Origin: a virus
Lineage: Duplodnaviria; Caudoviricetes
IMG/VR virus record: IMGVR_UViG_3300025697_000048
Span: 1-41,574 of that record
DNA: 41,574 nt
Reading direction: 5' to 3' (one strand)
Positions 25,506 to 35,227 of the stretch are shown here, in pieces. The position numbers and the translations under genes are program-made. Within the stretch, counting starts at the first letter, position 1; the number at the start of each line of letters is the position of its first letter. Below the pieces are notes generated by a model, which did no database searches, was not told the origin of the DNA, and saw only the letters and a list, made by a program, of their open reading frames with translations.

Positions 25506-25940
25506 ATGAACCAGACGGCAACCACAACCAAACAGATTGTCCGATTCGACGTTTTCACCCGCAACAATTACACCCAGACGGACCGCCAGCGCGATTGCGT
25601 GTCCTACCACCCCCCGACGTTAGCGGGGCTGGCCGCCGCGTTGGATCGAGCTCGTCTCGATGGTATCGAACAACGCGGTTACAGTGGTTCGGGCGCCGGG
25701 GCATGGGTCGAGGCGGTTTTCGATGTCGATGTCGAGGATATCAATGTTCGCGTCGACGGCATCAACTCGCCGGTCCTGGCCGCGTGCTCGCCGCTGGAGG
25801 TCGGCGCCTCGCGATTGGCCCTGGCCCGCAGAGCCGGACGACTGGAGCGAGAGCGGGCATGGAATGGCAATAATTTCGTAACTGTGGGGGCGGACGCCAC
25901 CCGCCAGCTAATCGAAACGCTGTACGACGCCAACCACTAA
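25506..25940 (+). CDS. Hypothetical protein under its own strong promoter
   Basis: GGAG SD at 25495 before ATG 25506. Confidence 0.7.
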   Translation: MNQTATTTKQIVRFDVFTRNNYTQTDRQRDCVSYHPPTLAGLAAALDRARLDGIEQRGYSGSGAGAWVEAVFDVDVEDINVRVDGINSPVLAACSPLEVGASRLALARRAGRLERERAWNGNNFVTVGADATRQLIETLYDANH

Positions 25941-26077
25941 AAAAATCTGTAAAGTCTCAACTGTGATTAGCCGATTGGCCTTGTATGAACGCGAAGGATC
26001 GCAAACACAAAGGCGCCACGCCGAAAGCAAAGAAGTCGACCCCACGGATGCGGCCGGCTTCTTCCGGTAAAACCAAA

Positions 26078-26835
26078 ATGCCGACGAAGAAAATAGCAAA
26101 GAAAACGACAGCCAAAACCAAACCAAAACGGGTAAAAAAAAAGAGAAGCCTGTATTAGTAGAACCAGAGACACTTAATCCGACGACGGAGCCACAAAATG
26201 CGTTTTCCGCAATTACCGCACGACAACAGCTTTTCGTACTAAACTACTGCGAACATTTCATCGGGGCAAAGGCTTATGTACAAGCAGGTTACAAGCCCAA
26301 GGCATCGGACGCGGGCGCGTCGCGTTTGTTAAGAAATGTTAAGGTTCGAGCGGCAATTTCAGAACATCTCGCCGATAATGGGGTCGAGCAACGAAACGTC
26401 GAACTGGCGATCGCGAGGATAGCGCTTGGCATCGACATGGCCGACTTCGAGCCGTATCTCGATGGTAAAAAAACACTGGGCGAGTTGAGGGCGGACGGTA
26501 TCGATACGAGTCTGATCGAGAGCGTTACGGATATAATCACAACAAAGACTAACAAGGATGCCTCCACAACGGTAACCCGCCGGCGGCGAGTGAAAATGTT
26601 TAATCGGTTGCAAGCCCTGGGCCTGTTGGCGAGAGTGTTCGGAATGGTGGTCGAGAAACATAATCTTCGAGTTAATACAGACCCATCGGCGCCCGGACTG
26701 CTGCTGACCAGTCAGGGGATGCGGGAGATGAGCGATGAAGACCTTAGCCGACTTGCGAGGACAGCTGGTCTTACCGACGATGGTACTGGGGGTGACGGAG
26801 AGGATGGCGGCGCGGTGGGAGATAGCACGCCGTGA
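26078..26835 (+). CDS. terS: Terminase small subunit (start requires a -1 shift at the A9 tract, or a sequencing error)
   Basis: TARQQLFVLNYC..AKAYVQAGY..A..GASRLLRNVKVRAAI and KMFNRLQALGLLARVFGM; no in-frame ATG/GTG upstream of the HTH. Confidence 0.8.
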
Positions 26836-27454
26836 CCCGATAGCGTTCCAGCGGTGGTTCGTATACACCTGCGACCAGCACGAAAAAGACGACGACCCAT
26901 GCAAAAAGTTCCCATGGGACCGCCGATACCTCCAGTACATGACGCGACTCTGGCAGGTGAATCTATGCCTGAGCATACTCAAGAGCCGGCAAATGAAAAT
27001 GACCTGGCTGATGGTTATTCTCGCGCTGTGGGATGCGGTGTTTCACCGGGGCCGGCTGATCATGCTGCAGTCGAAAAGAGAGGATGACGCCGTTGGCGAC
27101 GAGAACAGCGGCGACGGGCTGCTCGGACGCGGCAAGTACATAATGAACCATATCCCGTTCCAGCAAAAGCTCGTACCCGACTACGATCCGGCCGGTAAGA
27201 TGATCAGAATTCGAGGCGATGTGGGGTCCACGCTCTGGGCGATTCCACAGGGCGCCGCGATAATCAGGCAGCGAACGGCGTCGGGGATACTCTCGGATGA
27301 ATCAGCGTTCCAGCCAGAGGCCGGAGACTCGTACACAGCAGCTCGACCGTGCATTAGAGGCGGTGGATGGTACGTGCAGCTCACAACGCCCGACCTGGCC
27401 GACGGTGGCCACTCGCGACGACTACACGAGGATCGACTCGACGATGAAAATTGA
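26804..27454 (+). CDS. terL: Terminase large subunit, ATPase part
   Basis: ILKSRQMKMTW (Walker A-like), ILSDESAF (Walker B), LTTP (motif III); GGAGAGG SD. Confidence 0.85.
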   Translation: MAARWEIARRDPIAFQRWFVYTCDQHEKDDDPCKKFPWDRRYLQYMTRLWQVNLCLSILKSRQMKMTWLMVILALWDAVFHRGRLIMLQSKREDDAVGDENSGDGLLGRGKYIMNHIPFQQKLVPDYDPAGKMIRIRGDVGSTLWAIPQGAAIIRQRTASGILSDESAFQPEAGDSYTAARPCIRGGGWYVQLTTPDLADGGHSRRLHEDRLDDEN

Positions 27455-28571
27455 TGTAAATGGACATTGCGGCGAGGATATGCATATCGCCATCGGCGAG
27501 CGAAGAGTACTCATGTCCGGGATGACCGTCAGGGGTAACGGCAATACGTTCGTCGCGGTCGACCTGGGCATGGAGGCCGACCCCAAGACGTTTACAAATG
27601 AGGTTATCGCGTCGGAGGAGGCGGCTCTGCCGGGTTGGCGGTTCAAAAAGGAATATCTGCGCGACTGGGACGCCCAAAACGGGTCGCCTGTTTTCGACGA
27701 GCAGTGGATCGACCGGCAACGCGGGTATGCAACGAACCCGGTGATGCTGATGGACATCCACAAAATAACCAAAAACGGAATCGCCCAGCGAAACTCGCTC
27801 GGTCACTACAAGTACATGCTCGTCGAAAAGAAAACAGGACGACTCAAAGTGTTCGTCCCGCCAAACGTGGAAGACGACCCCGACCTGGCCGGACTGACGA
27901 ACCTGCCGGAAATGAGACAGCGAACGTACGGCGCCGGTATGGACGTGGGCGAGGGGGTTGAAAAGTCAGACTCCACGATCTCGGTAATGGCCGCGGACAC
28001 TCGCGAGATCGTCGCCACGTTCGCCTGTAATACGATCAGGCCGGGACTGCTGGGCCGATTCGCCGTCGAGGTGGGCAAACACTACAACAACGCCCTGATA
28101 TGCTGTGTGAGGAAAATGCACGGGATGACGGCGCTACGTGCGATCGCAGACGTCGGCTACCCGATGATATGGCGGGCGACTAACCCCAAACGCGGACTCA
28201 GAGAAGTAAAAATCAAAGACCTCGGCTGGCCGCGCGGTGAAATAACGTCAGACCTGCTCGTCGGGCCCTGGGTGGACGCGCTGGAGCAAGGCATACCAAT
28301 CATTCGATGCCTCGAAACGACCGAACAACATCGACAGTACATATACGACGAACGGGGCAAACCATGCCACCAGCGACTAAAAAGCTATACGCCGGAAGTA
28401 CGCGAAAAGCACGGCGACCTTGTGATTTCCGCCGCTTTGGCCTATCGTGCGTGTATCGATCTGCCGAAGTACAGAGTATTAGAGAAACCGCAAACGCCCG
28501 AAGGGTCCGCGGCGGCGAGACGGAAGATTCGAGAAAACCTTAAACAGAAAAAGGCTCGCGACGGATGGTAG
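27444..28571 (+). CDS. terL: Terminase large subunit, nuclease part (separate ORF)
   Basis: FKKEY..DW..G.PVF, GAGMDVGEG..DST, HYNNALI, HGDLVISAALA (RNase H-like acidic residues); GAGG SD. Confidence 0.8.
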   Translation: MKIDVNGHCGEDMHIAIGERRVLMSGMTVRGNGNTFVAVDLGMEADPKTFTNEVIASEEAALPGWRFKKEYLRDWDAQNGSPVFDEQWIDRQRGYATNPVMLMDIHKITKNGIAQRNSLGHYKYMLVEKKTGRLKVFVPPNVEDDPDLAGLTNLPEMRQRTYGAGMDVGEGVEKSDSTISVMAADTREIVATFACNTIRPGLLGRFAVEVGKHYNNALICCVRKMHGMTALRAIADVGYPMIWRATNPKRGLREVKIKDLGWPRGEITSDLLVGPWVDALEQGIPIIRCLETTEQHRQYIYDERGKPCHQRLKSYTPEVREKHGDLVISAALAYRACIDLPKYRVLEKPQTPEGSAAARRKIRENLKQKKARDGW

Positions 28572-30484
28572 TAGCCACGCAAGAAATACGGACCACCAGC
28601 CGCGTCGACCCCAACGCGGCCGGGCAAGATGAAATAATCCAGGACACGCGGTCGGGGGACCAAAAGAAACACGCCGCCGACGGCGTCGGCGTCCAAACGT
28701 CGAACACCGGCGGACGGCCCGAAGCGCAACGGCTACTCAATTCCATTGTCTTCAGCGAGAAACGACTGCAACCTCACCGATCGCAACGCACGCAATTCAT
28801 TCGCCAGTACGCCGGAAGCAACTACGGACAACAGGACGTTTCGATCAGGGATCCGCTAAACCTGGTCTATTCGCTCGTAGCGTCATTTGTGCCGGCTCTA
28901 AGGTTCGCGCCCAAGGCGACCGTGGCAACGATCGAAGGGAACGCCGCGTTCGCCGAAACGTTCAGACTGGCGATCGACGATGAGCTTTCGCAAATCAAAC
29001 TCGACGAGTCAATCAGCGAAGCGGTGCTCGACAGCCTGTTCGGGCTCGGGATAATCAAGACGGGCCTGAAGGCAATGCCCGGATTCTCCGATAAGTACGA
29101 TCTGATCCCCGACGCGGGTACGATCTTCAGCGAACAGGTCTCGTTCGCCGACTACATCATCGATATGACCAGCCGAAAACGACGCCTGGCCCAATACGAG
29201 GGCGATCGGTTCTTCCTGAGCGAAGATATCGCACGCGAATCAGGCATGTTCAACGAAACCCAAATTCAACAACTTCTCGCGCCAATGCGAAGCAGATCGG
29301 AACTCGATACCGGCTACTCGGCGGGCGAGGGGATGGCCAGCGACCAGGAGTTTATCAGGCGCCTGGAACTGGTTAATGTGTTCCTGCCCGGCAAGCAGCA
29401 GGTGGTGACCATCCCGGGCGATGTCCGGTACATCAACGCGGGGTTCCTCAATCAGGTCGATTGGGAAGGCGATCCGAGCGGTCCATACGATGTGATCGGA
29501 TTCAACCCCGTACCGGATAACATGCTGCCGGTCCCAGTTGTCGGGGCCGTGTTCGATCTGTACACGCTACTCAATAAACTCGGACGCAAAATCGGACGGC
29601 AGGCCGACAGGCAGAAAGATATCGCCGTCGGTCAAAAAGGACGCGAGGAAGACGCACAGGCGATCAGAACGTCAGACGACGGCGATATCGTGCTGATCGA
29701 TGAACCGACCAGTATCAAAGAAGTGTCGTTCGGAGGGGCGAACGAATCGAGCTATAAGACCGTCGCATGGCTCGACGATTACGCCAATACGATCGCCGGT
29801 AATCCTAACCTGATCGGCGGGGTCAACGCCGACTCCGATACGCTCGGACAAGATCAGCTCAAAATGAATAACGCGTCCGGACGAATAAACGACTGGCTCC
29901 GAACCATCCGGAAATGCAGCGAGTCCATTGTAAAAAAACTTGGCGGGTACGTCTGGACAGATCCGAACAAACGACGAACGCTCACGCTGAAAATCGGCGG
30001 GGACGTTAACGGATTCAAAGTTACCCGGATATGGGACCCGACCAAACGAGAAGGCAGTTACCACGATTACACCGTCGGCATCAGTTCGCACAATCATCCC
30101 GAGATGTCGCCCGAACAAGAGTACACCCGCATTAACGCCTGGATCCGAGATGTGCTGTCGAATCCGAATATGGTTATCGCGGCTCAGCAGCAGGGCATGA
30201 CGCTGAACGTCGAACGGATAGCACAGATCACCGGCGAACAACTCGATATCGAAGACGCCGCGAATATGTTCGTGCCCGTGGAACAAATCGTAGAACAGAA
30301 ACAACCGATCCGGTCAGGCGGGCGGGCGGGGTCAGGGGCCAAAGTAGATAACTCGACGAAGATAAGCACATTCCGATCACCGTCCGGTCAGCGACCGGGC
30401 CGACAGCAAGCGCCAACCAATAACAACGAACAAACACCCGCATCAACGGAATCCGCCCCGACCGGCGGGGATACAGGAGCATAA
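28565..30484 (+). CDS. Portal protein
   Basis: 639 aa directly after TerL; DSLFGLGIIKTG, YIID and Q-rich C-terminus fit P22-like portals; partly positional. Confidence 0.75.
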   Translation: MVVATQEIRTTSRVDPNAAGQDEIIQDTRSGDQKKHAADGVGVQTSNTGGRPEAQRLLNSIVFSEKRLQPHRSQRTQFIRQYAGSNYGQQDVSIRDPLNLVYSLVASFVPALRFAPKATVATIEGNAAFAETFRLAIDDELSQIKLDESISEAVLDSLFGLGIIKTGLKAMPGFSDKYDLIPDAGTIFSEQVSFADYIIDMTSRKRRLAQYEGDRFFLSEDIARESGMFNETQIQQLLAPMRSRSELDTGYSAGEGMASDQEFIRRLELVNVFLPGKQQVVTIPGDVRYINAGFLNQVDWEGDPSGPYDVIGFNPVPDNMLPVPVVGAVFDLYTLLNKLGRKIGRQADRQKDIAVGQKGREEDAQAIRTSDDGDIVLIDEPTSIKEVSFGGANESSYKTVAWLDDYANTIAGNPNLIGGVNADSDTLGQDQLKMNNASGRINDWLRTIRKCSESIVKKLGGYVWTDPNKRRTLTLKIGGDVNGFKVTRIWDPTKREGSYHDYTVGISSHNHPEMSPEQEYTRINAWIRDVLSNPNMVIAAQQQGMTLNVERIAQITGEQLDIEDAANMFVPVEQIVEQKQPIRSGGRAGSGAKVDNSTKISTFRSPSGQRPGRQQAPTNNNEQTPASTESAPTGGDTGA

Positions 30485-30487
30485 CAC

Positions 30488-31399
30488 ATGCCCAGAGCAC
30501 GACCCATACCGACCGGTAATGAATACACACTCGAACGCCTGGGCGAACTGCGCAGGGAAGCGGCGCTCAATGGCGATAAACAATCAGCAGACGCGCTGAC
30601 AGACAAGATCAAAGCGGCCGGCGGAACGGTTCGCACCAGCGAAGTTCCCGAAAACGAAACAGTCCTCCAGCGATACGAAAGGCTCCGCGAAGATGCTCGC
30701 GACGCACGAGACCAACAGACCGTCGTGGCGCTGAGCAAACGCATCGCCGACGAAAAGGAACGAATAGCCGCGGTCCCGAAAACCGCATCCGAAGAAGCCG
30801 CCGCCAAAACGAAACAGGACGACGGCGAGCGGAAACTCAATAGCGGTCGCGCAACGCCGGACGCACAAACGATGATCGAAAAACTGGGCTTCGAACGGGC
30901 GAATATCCGCGTACCAGAGGGCGGGAAGATCCGCGTCAAGGATGTTCGGAACCATGAGGACCGCGTAAAAGCCGCCCAGGCGCACGCCGGCGAGGCCGCC
31001 GAGGCCGCCGAGGCCGGGTGGGACGATGGAGTGATCAACAGCGGCGAAGCCACAGACGACGCTTTGGCGATGATAGGCGGACTTGGCTTCGAACTGGCGG
31101 ATATCATTGTGCCCGATGGCGGTAAGGTAAGCCTGAGCGATGTCCGAAATCATGAGGACCGCTTAAACGCCGCCGAGTCAGTTCAAGACGAGACGGACGA
31201 TGAGTCCGACCAGATTGGGGTAGACGAGGAGTCTGACGACCATCCTGGCGGCGAACCGGTCAATAGCGGCAACGCCACGGAACCCGCCGAAAAGATGATA
31301 AAAGAGCTCGGCTACGATATCCGAGACATACCCTCCGCATCTGGCGGGAAGGTTATCAAACCGGATGTTGTGGCGTATCAAGCTTCGATTGCCGAATAG
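30488..31399 (+). CDS. Protein with three E3-binding (PSBD)-like repeats
   Basis: AT.DA..MI..LGF....I..P.GGK....DV repeated three times; AGGAG SD. Confidence 0.7.
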   Translation: MPRARPIPTGNEYTLERLGELRREAALNGDKQSADALTDKIKAAGGTVRTSEVPENETVLQRYERLREDARDARDQQTVVALSKRIADEKERIAAVPKTASEEAAAKTKQDDGERKLNSGRATPDAQTMIEKLGFERANIRVPEGGKIRVKDVRNHEDRVKAAQAHAGEAAEAAEAGWDDGVINSGEATDDALAMIGGLGFELADIIVPDGGKVSLSDVRNHEDRLNAAESVQDETDDESDQIGVDEESDDHPGGEPVNSGNATEPAEKMIKELGYDIRDIPSASGGKVIKPDVVAYQASIAE

Positions 31400-31491
31400 A
31401 TAACGTAGAACGCTCTTTTTTAAAAAAACTGAATAACAATACAGCCAAACGAGTCGGACGTGCGACGGTGCGATCGATGAGTTTTAACTCG

Positions 31492-31537
31492 AAGCGCCTC
31501 TAACCTGCTAGCAGGAGGTTGGAGGCGCTTTTTGTTT
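31492..31537 (+). terminator. Rho-independent terminator-like hairpin before the capsid operon
   Basis: AAGCGCCTCTAACCT-loop-AGGTTGGAGGCGCTT followed by TTTGTTT. Confidence 0.7.
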
Positions 31538-31561
31538 GGTCTAACGACGCGAAGGAACCGA

Positions 31562-31924
31562 ATGCCCACTTACGCCTTCCAATGCGACTGCGGTGAGACA
31601 ATAGAAGAGTTTGTCCCCATGGCCAAGCAGCATCAAACAAAACTATGCCCCAACTGCGGTAAACGGGCGAAGCGAAGCTTCAAGAGGGCGGCCATGAACG
31701 CGAGCTCAGGCATGAAACGGTCCGCCATAGCCGGATGCGGATTCGGGCAGGAAGAACAAGGCAATCGTGACCTGGCCAAAAGGAACATAAACGCGTACTA
31801 CGAGAAGGGCTCCGGAGATCTGGTGGCGAATAGCCGTAAAGATTTCCTGGCGGCCGTCGGAGCACGCGGAATGCACAGTAATACCGACGCCCCTATCGGC
31901 AGGGTAATGGCGGCGAGCCGATAA
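31562..31924 (+). CDS. FmdB-like zinc-ribbon protein
   Basis: MPTYAFQCDCG..E..CPNCG; AAGGA SD. Confidence 0.85.
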   Translation: MPTYAFQCDCGETIEEFVPMAKQHQTKLCPNCGKRAKRSFKRAAMNASSGMKRSAIAGCGFGQEEQGNRDLAKRNINAYYEKGSGDLVANSRKDFLAAVGARGMHSNTDAPIGRVMAASR

Positions 31925-31977
31925 GAAAACATCGCGAGGACGTTGTTCAATAAAACAAAATAAGGACTTTACATATT

Positions 31978-33036
31978 ATGGCAACAGCGACAAAAGAAAA
32001 AGAAACTACTACCGATGACGCGACCAACGTCGCCGCAGGTGGTGCAGATGCCGATCAGAGCAGCGATGCCTTTGATCTCGACGCCGGTCAAGCGGCGGTG
32101 AAGAAGTTCGCCGCGGCCGAACTTGCGGAAAGACAAAAAGCTTCAGGCTCTGACGCGGCGGACAGCAACGCCCAAAGCGATGTAGAAACCGAATCGGAAG
32201 CGGAAACGGAATCGGAATCGAAAACATCGGAAGCTAAAGCGACAGCCAAAAAGGATGACGCCACGGACGACGATGGCGCGGTTGAACCCACGCCCGCTCA
32301 GGTCCACCTGGCCCGACAAGTTGGATACACGGCTGAAGAAATATCGGCTGGACTAACCGAATCCGACTGGAAGGCTATCGACCGAGTGGCAAGGGGACAA
32401 TCACGCCTCCAAAGTCGGAAAGGCCGGAAACCCGACCAGGGCAAGAAGCCCGCAGAAGCCGCTAAGACCGGCGAAGGCGAAAACGCGACCGGTGCGGAAT
32501 CATCCACCGGCGACGATAACGCGTTCTTTACCGATGATATGTGGGGCACGGCTGAAGGTGCGCAAAAGATGAATGAACTTCATCAGATGTACACCGAACA
32601 ACAACAGCAGTCCCAGCAACAAGTAAACGAAAACGAATCTCAGACGCAAACGATGCTCGACGCGGAATTCGATAAGCTGGATCCGGAAATCTTTGGCGAT
32701 TACATGCCCGGCCAAAGCGCCGATATCGAGGTCGGTTCGCCGGCGGACGATCGACGCACTGAAGTTGTCGTTATGGCGACAGCCATCCAGAACCAAATGA
32801 GTGATGTAGGAAAGAAAATCACCATGGGCGTAGCTATCGAAAACGCGCTGTCGATCATCGCAGCCGATGAGGTTCAAGCAGTCGCCGCAAAAACTCACTC
32901 AGACGCGGCCCGCAGGCGAGGCGGGCAGCGAATAAACACGCCGTCAGCCTCGAAGAACAAGACGAGTCGCGTATTCAAAACACGCGAAGAAGCGGCCGGG
33001 GCGGCCGCATTCGCAGCCGTAAACAGCACTGATTGA
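31978..33036 (+). CDS. Probable capsid scaffolding protein
   Basis: Acidic, low-complexity, helical; immediately upstream of the capsid gene; TAAGGA SD. Confidence 0.65.
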   Translation: MATATKEKETTTDDATNVAAGGADADQSSDAFDLDAGQAAVKKFAAAELAERQKASGSDAADSNAQSDVETESEAETESESKTSEAKATAKKDDATDDDGAVEPTPAQVHLARQVGYTAEEISAGLTESDWKAIDRVARGQSRLQSRKGRKPDQGKKPAEAAKTGEGENATGAESSTGDDNAFFTDDMWGTAEGAQKMNELHQMYTEQQQQSQQQVNENESQTQTMLDAEFDKLDPEIFGDYMPGQSADIEVGSPADDRRTEVVVMATAIQNQMSDVGKKITMGVAIENALSIIAADEVQAVAAKTHSDAARRRGGQRINTPSASKNKTSRVFKTREEAAGAAAFAAVNSTD

Positions 33037-33069
33037 GCGATTGGGTAAAAGGCGACGAGAGGTTTTATT

Positions 33070-34182
33070 ATGACTATTGGAATTGACATGGATCCGGTCG
33101 TTGAGTCTCAGGACGCGTTCGATCTCCTGAAAGTCACGCTCCGGAATTACCCCAACCGCGGTGAACTGACCGTGCTCCAGAAGAAGCACACCTACCCGGT
33201 TATGAACCGATGGTTCCGCGACGATAAGAGAATCATCATCGCAGGGACCGCGATCGCCGAAGAAATCATGATCGACGAAAACGGTTCGGCCAAAATGGTC
33301 AAGCCGTACGCCACGCACGAAGGAAACACCCGCGACGTGATGGCCCGGTTCCAAATCCCGTTCCGCCTGGCTCAGGCCGATTGGGCGATGGACAAGACCG
33401 AAATCCTGCGCAACGGGAAAAGCGAGGCCGGATTTATCCAGCTTTGCAAGCTCATCAAAATCCGCAGGGCGCCGGCCGATCTGTCACTGGCCAATCTGCT
33501 CGAACGGCAGGGCTGGAACACGCCGCTGAGTTCCGCCGACGACGAGAACGCGCACGGTATCCCGTTCTGGCTCGTACCGATCACGTCGGCTCAGGTGGCC
33601 GCGGGGCTCGGTGGCGATCATATCGGGCAGAATCCCGTTGGATTCTCCGATACGGCCGGTATCGACGCGTCCCAGTCCAAGTACGAACTGTGGCGCTCGT
33701 ACTGCGATGTCTGGGACAACAACACACCGACCACCACGGACGACGACGTTCGCAAGATGACGCGAATGCACCGGCGCCTGAGGTTCGAGGTCCCGATGAA
33801 CGCACGCGACTGGGAGCAGGAAAACTTCCAGGAGTTCGAGGGCTACGTCTCCGAGGCCAGGTTAGAATCGTTCGAGGAACGCGCCAGGGCGAATAACGAG
33901 TCCCTGGGCGCCGACCTGGGCAAGTTCTGCGGACAGGTGACTGTAAAGGGCACGCCCCTGCGCTGGGTCGATACGCTCGACGACGTCGCGTCCGATCCGA
34001 TGTACCTGATCAATCACAATCACTGGAACGTGTTTGTGATGGAAGGAGACAACTTCGCCGAGACGACTGTCGCGCCTTCCCGCGAACAGCATCGAACGAA
34101 CACCACGTTCATCGACTTGCAGTTTAATTTCGTAACGATGAACAGGCGTATGGCCGGCGGTCGCATCGATTACGTCGTATAG
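33070..34182 (+). CDS. Major capsid protein
   Basis: 370 aa after the scaffold, strongly biased codon usage; EILRNG..L..L, HGIPFW, AGID..Y..WRSY pattern. Confidence 0.8.
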   Translation: MTIGIDMDPVVESQDAFDLLKVTLRNYPNRGELTVLQKKHTYPVMNRWFRDDKRIIIAGTAIAEEIMIDENGSAKMVKPYATHEGNTRDVMARFQIPFRLAQADWAMDKTEILRNGKSEAGFIQLCKLIKIRRAPADLSLANLLERQGWNTPLSSADDENAHGIPFWLVPITSAQVAAGLGGDHIGQNPVGFSDTAGIDASQSKYELWRSYCDVWDNNTPTTTDDDVRKMTRMHRRLRFEVPMNARDWEQENFQEFEGYVSEARLESFEERARANNESLGADLGKFCGQVTVKGTPLRWVDTLDDVASDPMYLINHNHWNVFVMEGDNFAETTVAPSREQHRTNTTFIDLQFNFVTMNRRMAGGRIDYVV

Positions 34183-34240
34183 TCCCAACGGCGGTAAACG
34201 TCAGTTGGATTTGTTCTTAAAAAACTCGTGTCCAGGGTCG

Positions 34241-34278
34241 CCCGGCCGGTCAGCGACATCCCATCCTGACCGGCCGGG
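34241..34278 (+). promoter_or_regulatory. 13-bp perfect GC hairpin after the capsid gene
   Basis: CCCGGCCGGTCAG / CTGACCGGCCGGG; no adjacent U-tract. Confidence 0.55.
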
Positions 34279-34317
34279 TCCGGACCACAGAAGATTTTTT
34301 CAGAAAGAGGTTATATC

Positions 34318-35079
34318 ATGCCACAGAGTCAATTTTATCATAAAGGCGCGTTCCGCGGCATCGATCTGCCGATGTTGCTCATGTCGCCGCGCAACGCTAT
34401 CGTCGACTTCGACAACTTCACGCAACTCCAGGTCACCGACGGCAATACGCTCGGCGGTTACATTTCGACCGCGGACGCCGGCGGTACGCTCATACAGGAG
34501 TTCCAGGACCCCGGCATCGCCCTGCAGATCGGAACCGACGGCGACGACAACGATGGTTCGTTCCTCGGTCGCCAAACGGCGGTAGGAGCGTTCGACGTGT
34601 CGCTGAATTCGAATCGCAGGGTCGCGTTCGAGTCCCGATTCAAGGTCGTACAGGGCGCCGAAGTCGCAATCTTCGTCGGTCTGGCCGAGGCCGGGCTCGA
34701 TCAGGATCTGATCGTCGACTCCACCGGCGCGATCGCCGACAAGGATGTGATCGGATTCCACTGCCTGATGCACGCGACGGACGTGGATATCGACGGCATC
34801 TATCGCATCGAAGGCGGCGACAAGGTCGTCGGCTCCGAGAACATGAGCGAAGACGCCGACGATGCGTTCCACACCTACGGCTTCCAGTTCGACGGGGCCA
34901 AAACGCTGTATTGGTTCTACGACTATAAACAGATCGGAGAATCGACCCTCGTGGCCGCGGAGTTCGCAGACGGCCAGGCCCTGACGCCCACGTTTGCCGT
35001 AAAGACAGGCGAGGCGGTCGAAAAGGATCTGACCGTATGGTCATGGCAGGCAGCCCAGTTACTGCTCGAATCCGACTAA
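34318..35079 (+). CDS. Probable capsid decoration protein with ConA/lectin-like beta sandwich
   Basis: VAFESRFKV..IFVGLA..IGF..FHTYGFQFDG..LYWFYD; capsid-like codon bias; follows the capsid gene. Confidence 0.6.
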   Translation: MPQSQFYHKGAFRGIDLPMLLMSPRNAIVDFDNFTQLQVTDGNTLGGYISTADAGGTLIQEFQDPGIALQIGTDGDDNDGSFLGRQTAVGAFDVSLNSNRRVAFESRFKVVQGAEVAIFVGLAEAGLDQDLIVDSTGAIADKDVIGFHCLMHATDVDIDGIYRIEGGDKVVGSENMSEDADDAFHTYGFQFDGAKTLYWFYDYKQIGESTLVAAEFADGQALTPTFAVKTGEAVEKDLTVWSWQAAQLLLESD

Positions 35080-35099
35080 CCCGCGATGGTCCGCGATGC

Positions 35100-35151
35100 G
35101 ATCGACCGCGGTCGGTGTTGTAAAGCCCGCCGGCCGCGGGTCGATCCTTTT
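35100..35151 (+). terminator. Terminator-like hairpin
   Basis: GATCGACCGCGGTCGG / CCGGCCGCGGGTCGATC followed by CTTTT. Confidence 0.55.
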
Positions 35152-35177
35152 GACGTTGACGCCGACGTTGACGCCCG

Positions 35178-35220
35178 GAGACTTTTTGAGACTTTTCGAG
35201 ACTTTTTGAGACTTTTTGAG
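35178..35220 (+). repeat. Tandem (GAGACTTTTT)x4
   Basis: Read directly, one unit has a T>C change. Confidence 0.9.
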
Positions 35221-35227
35221 AACAACC

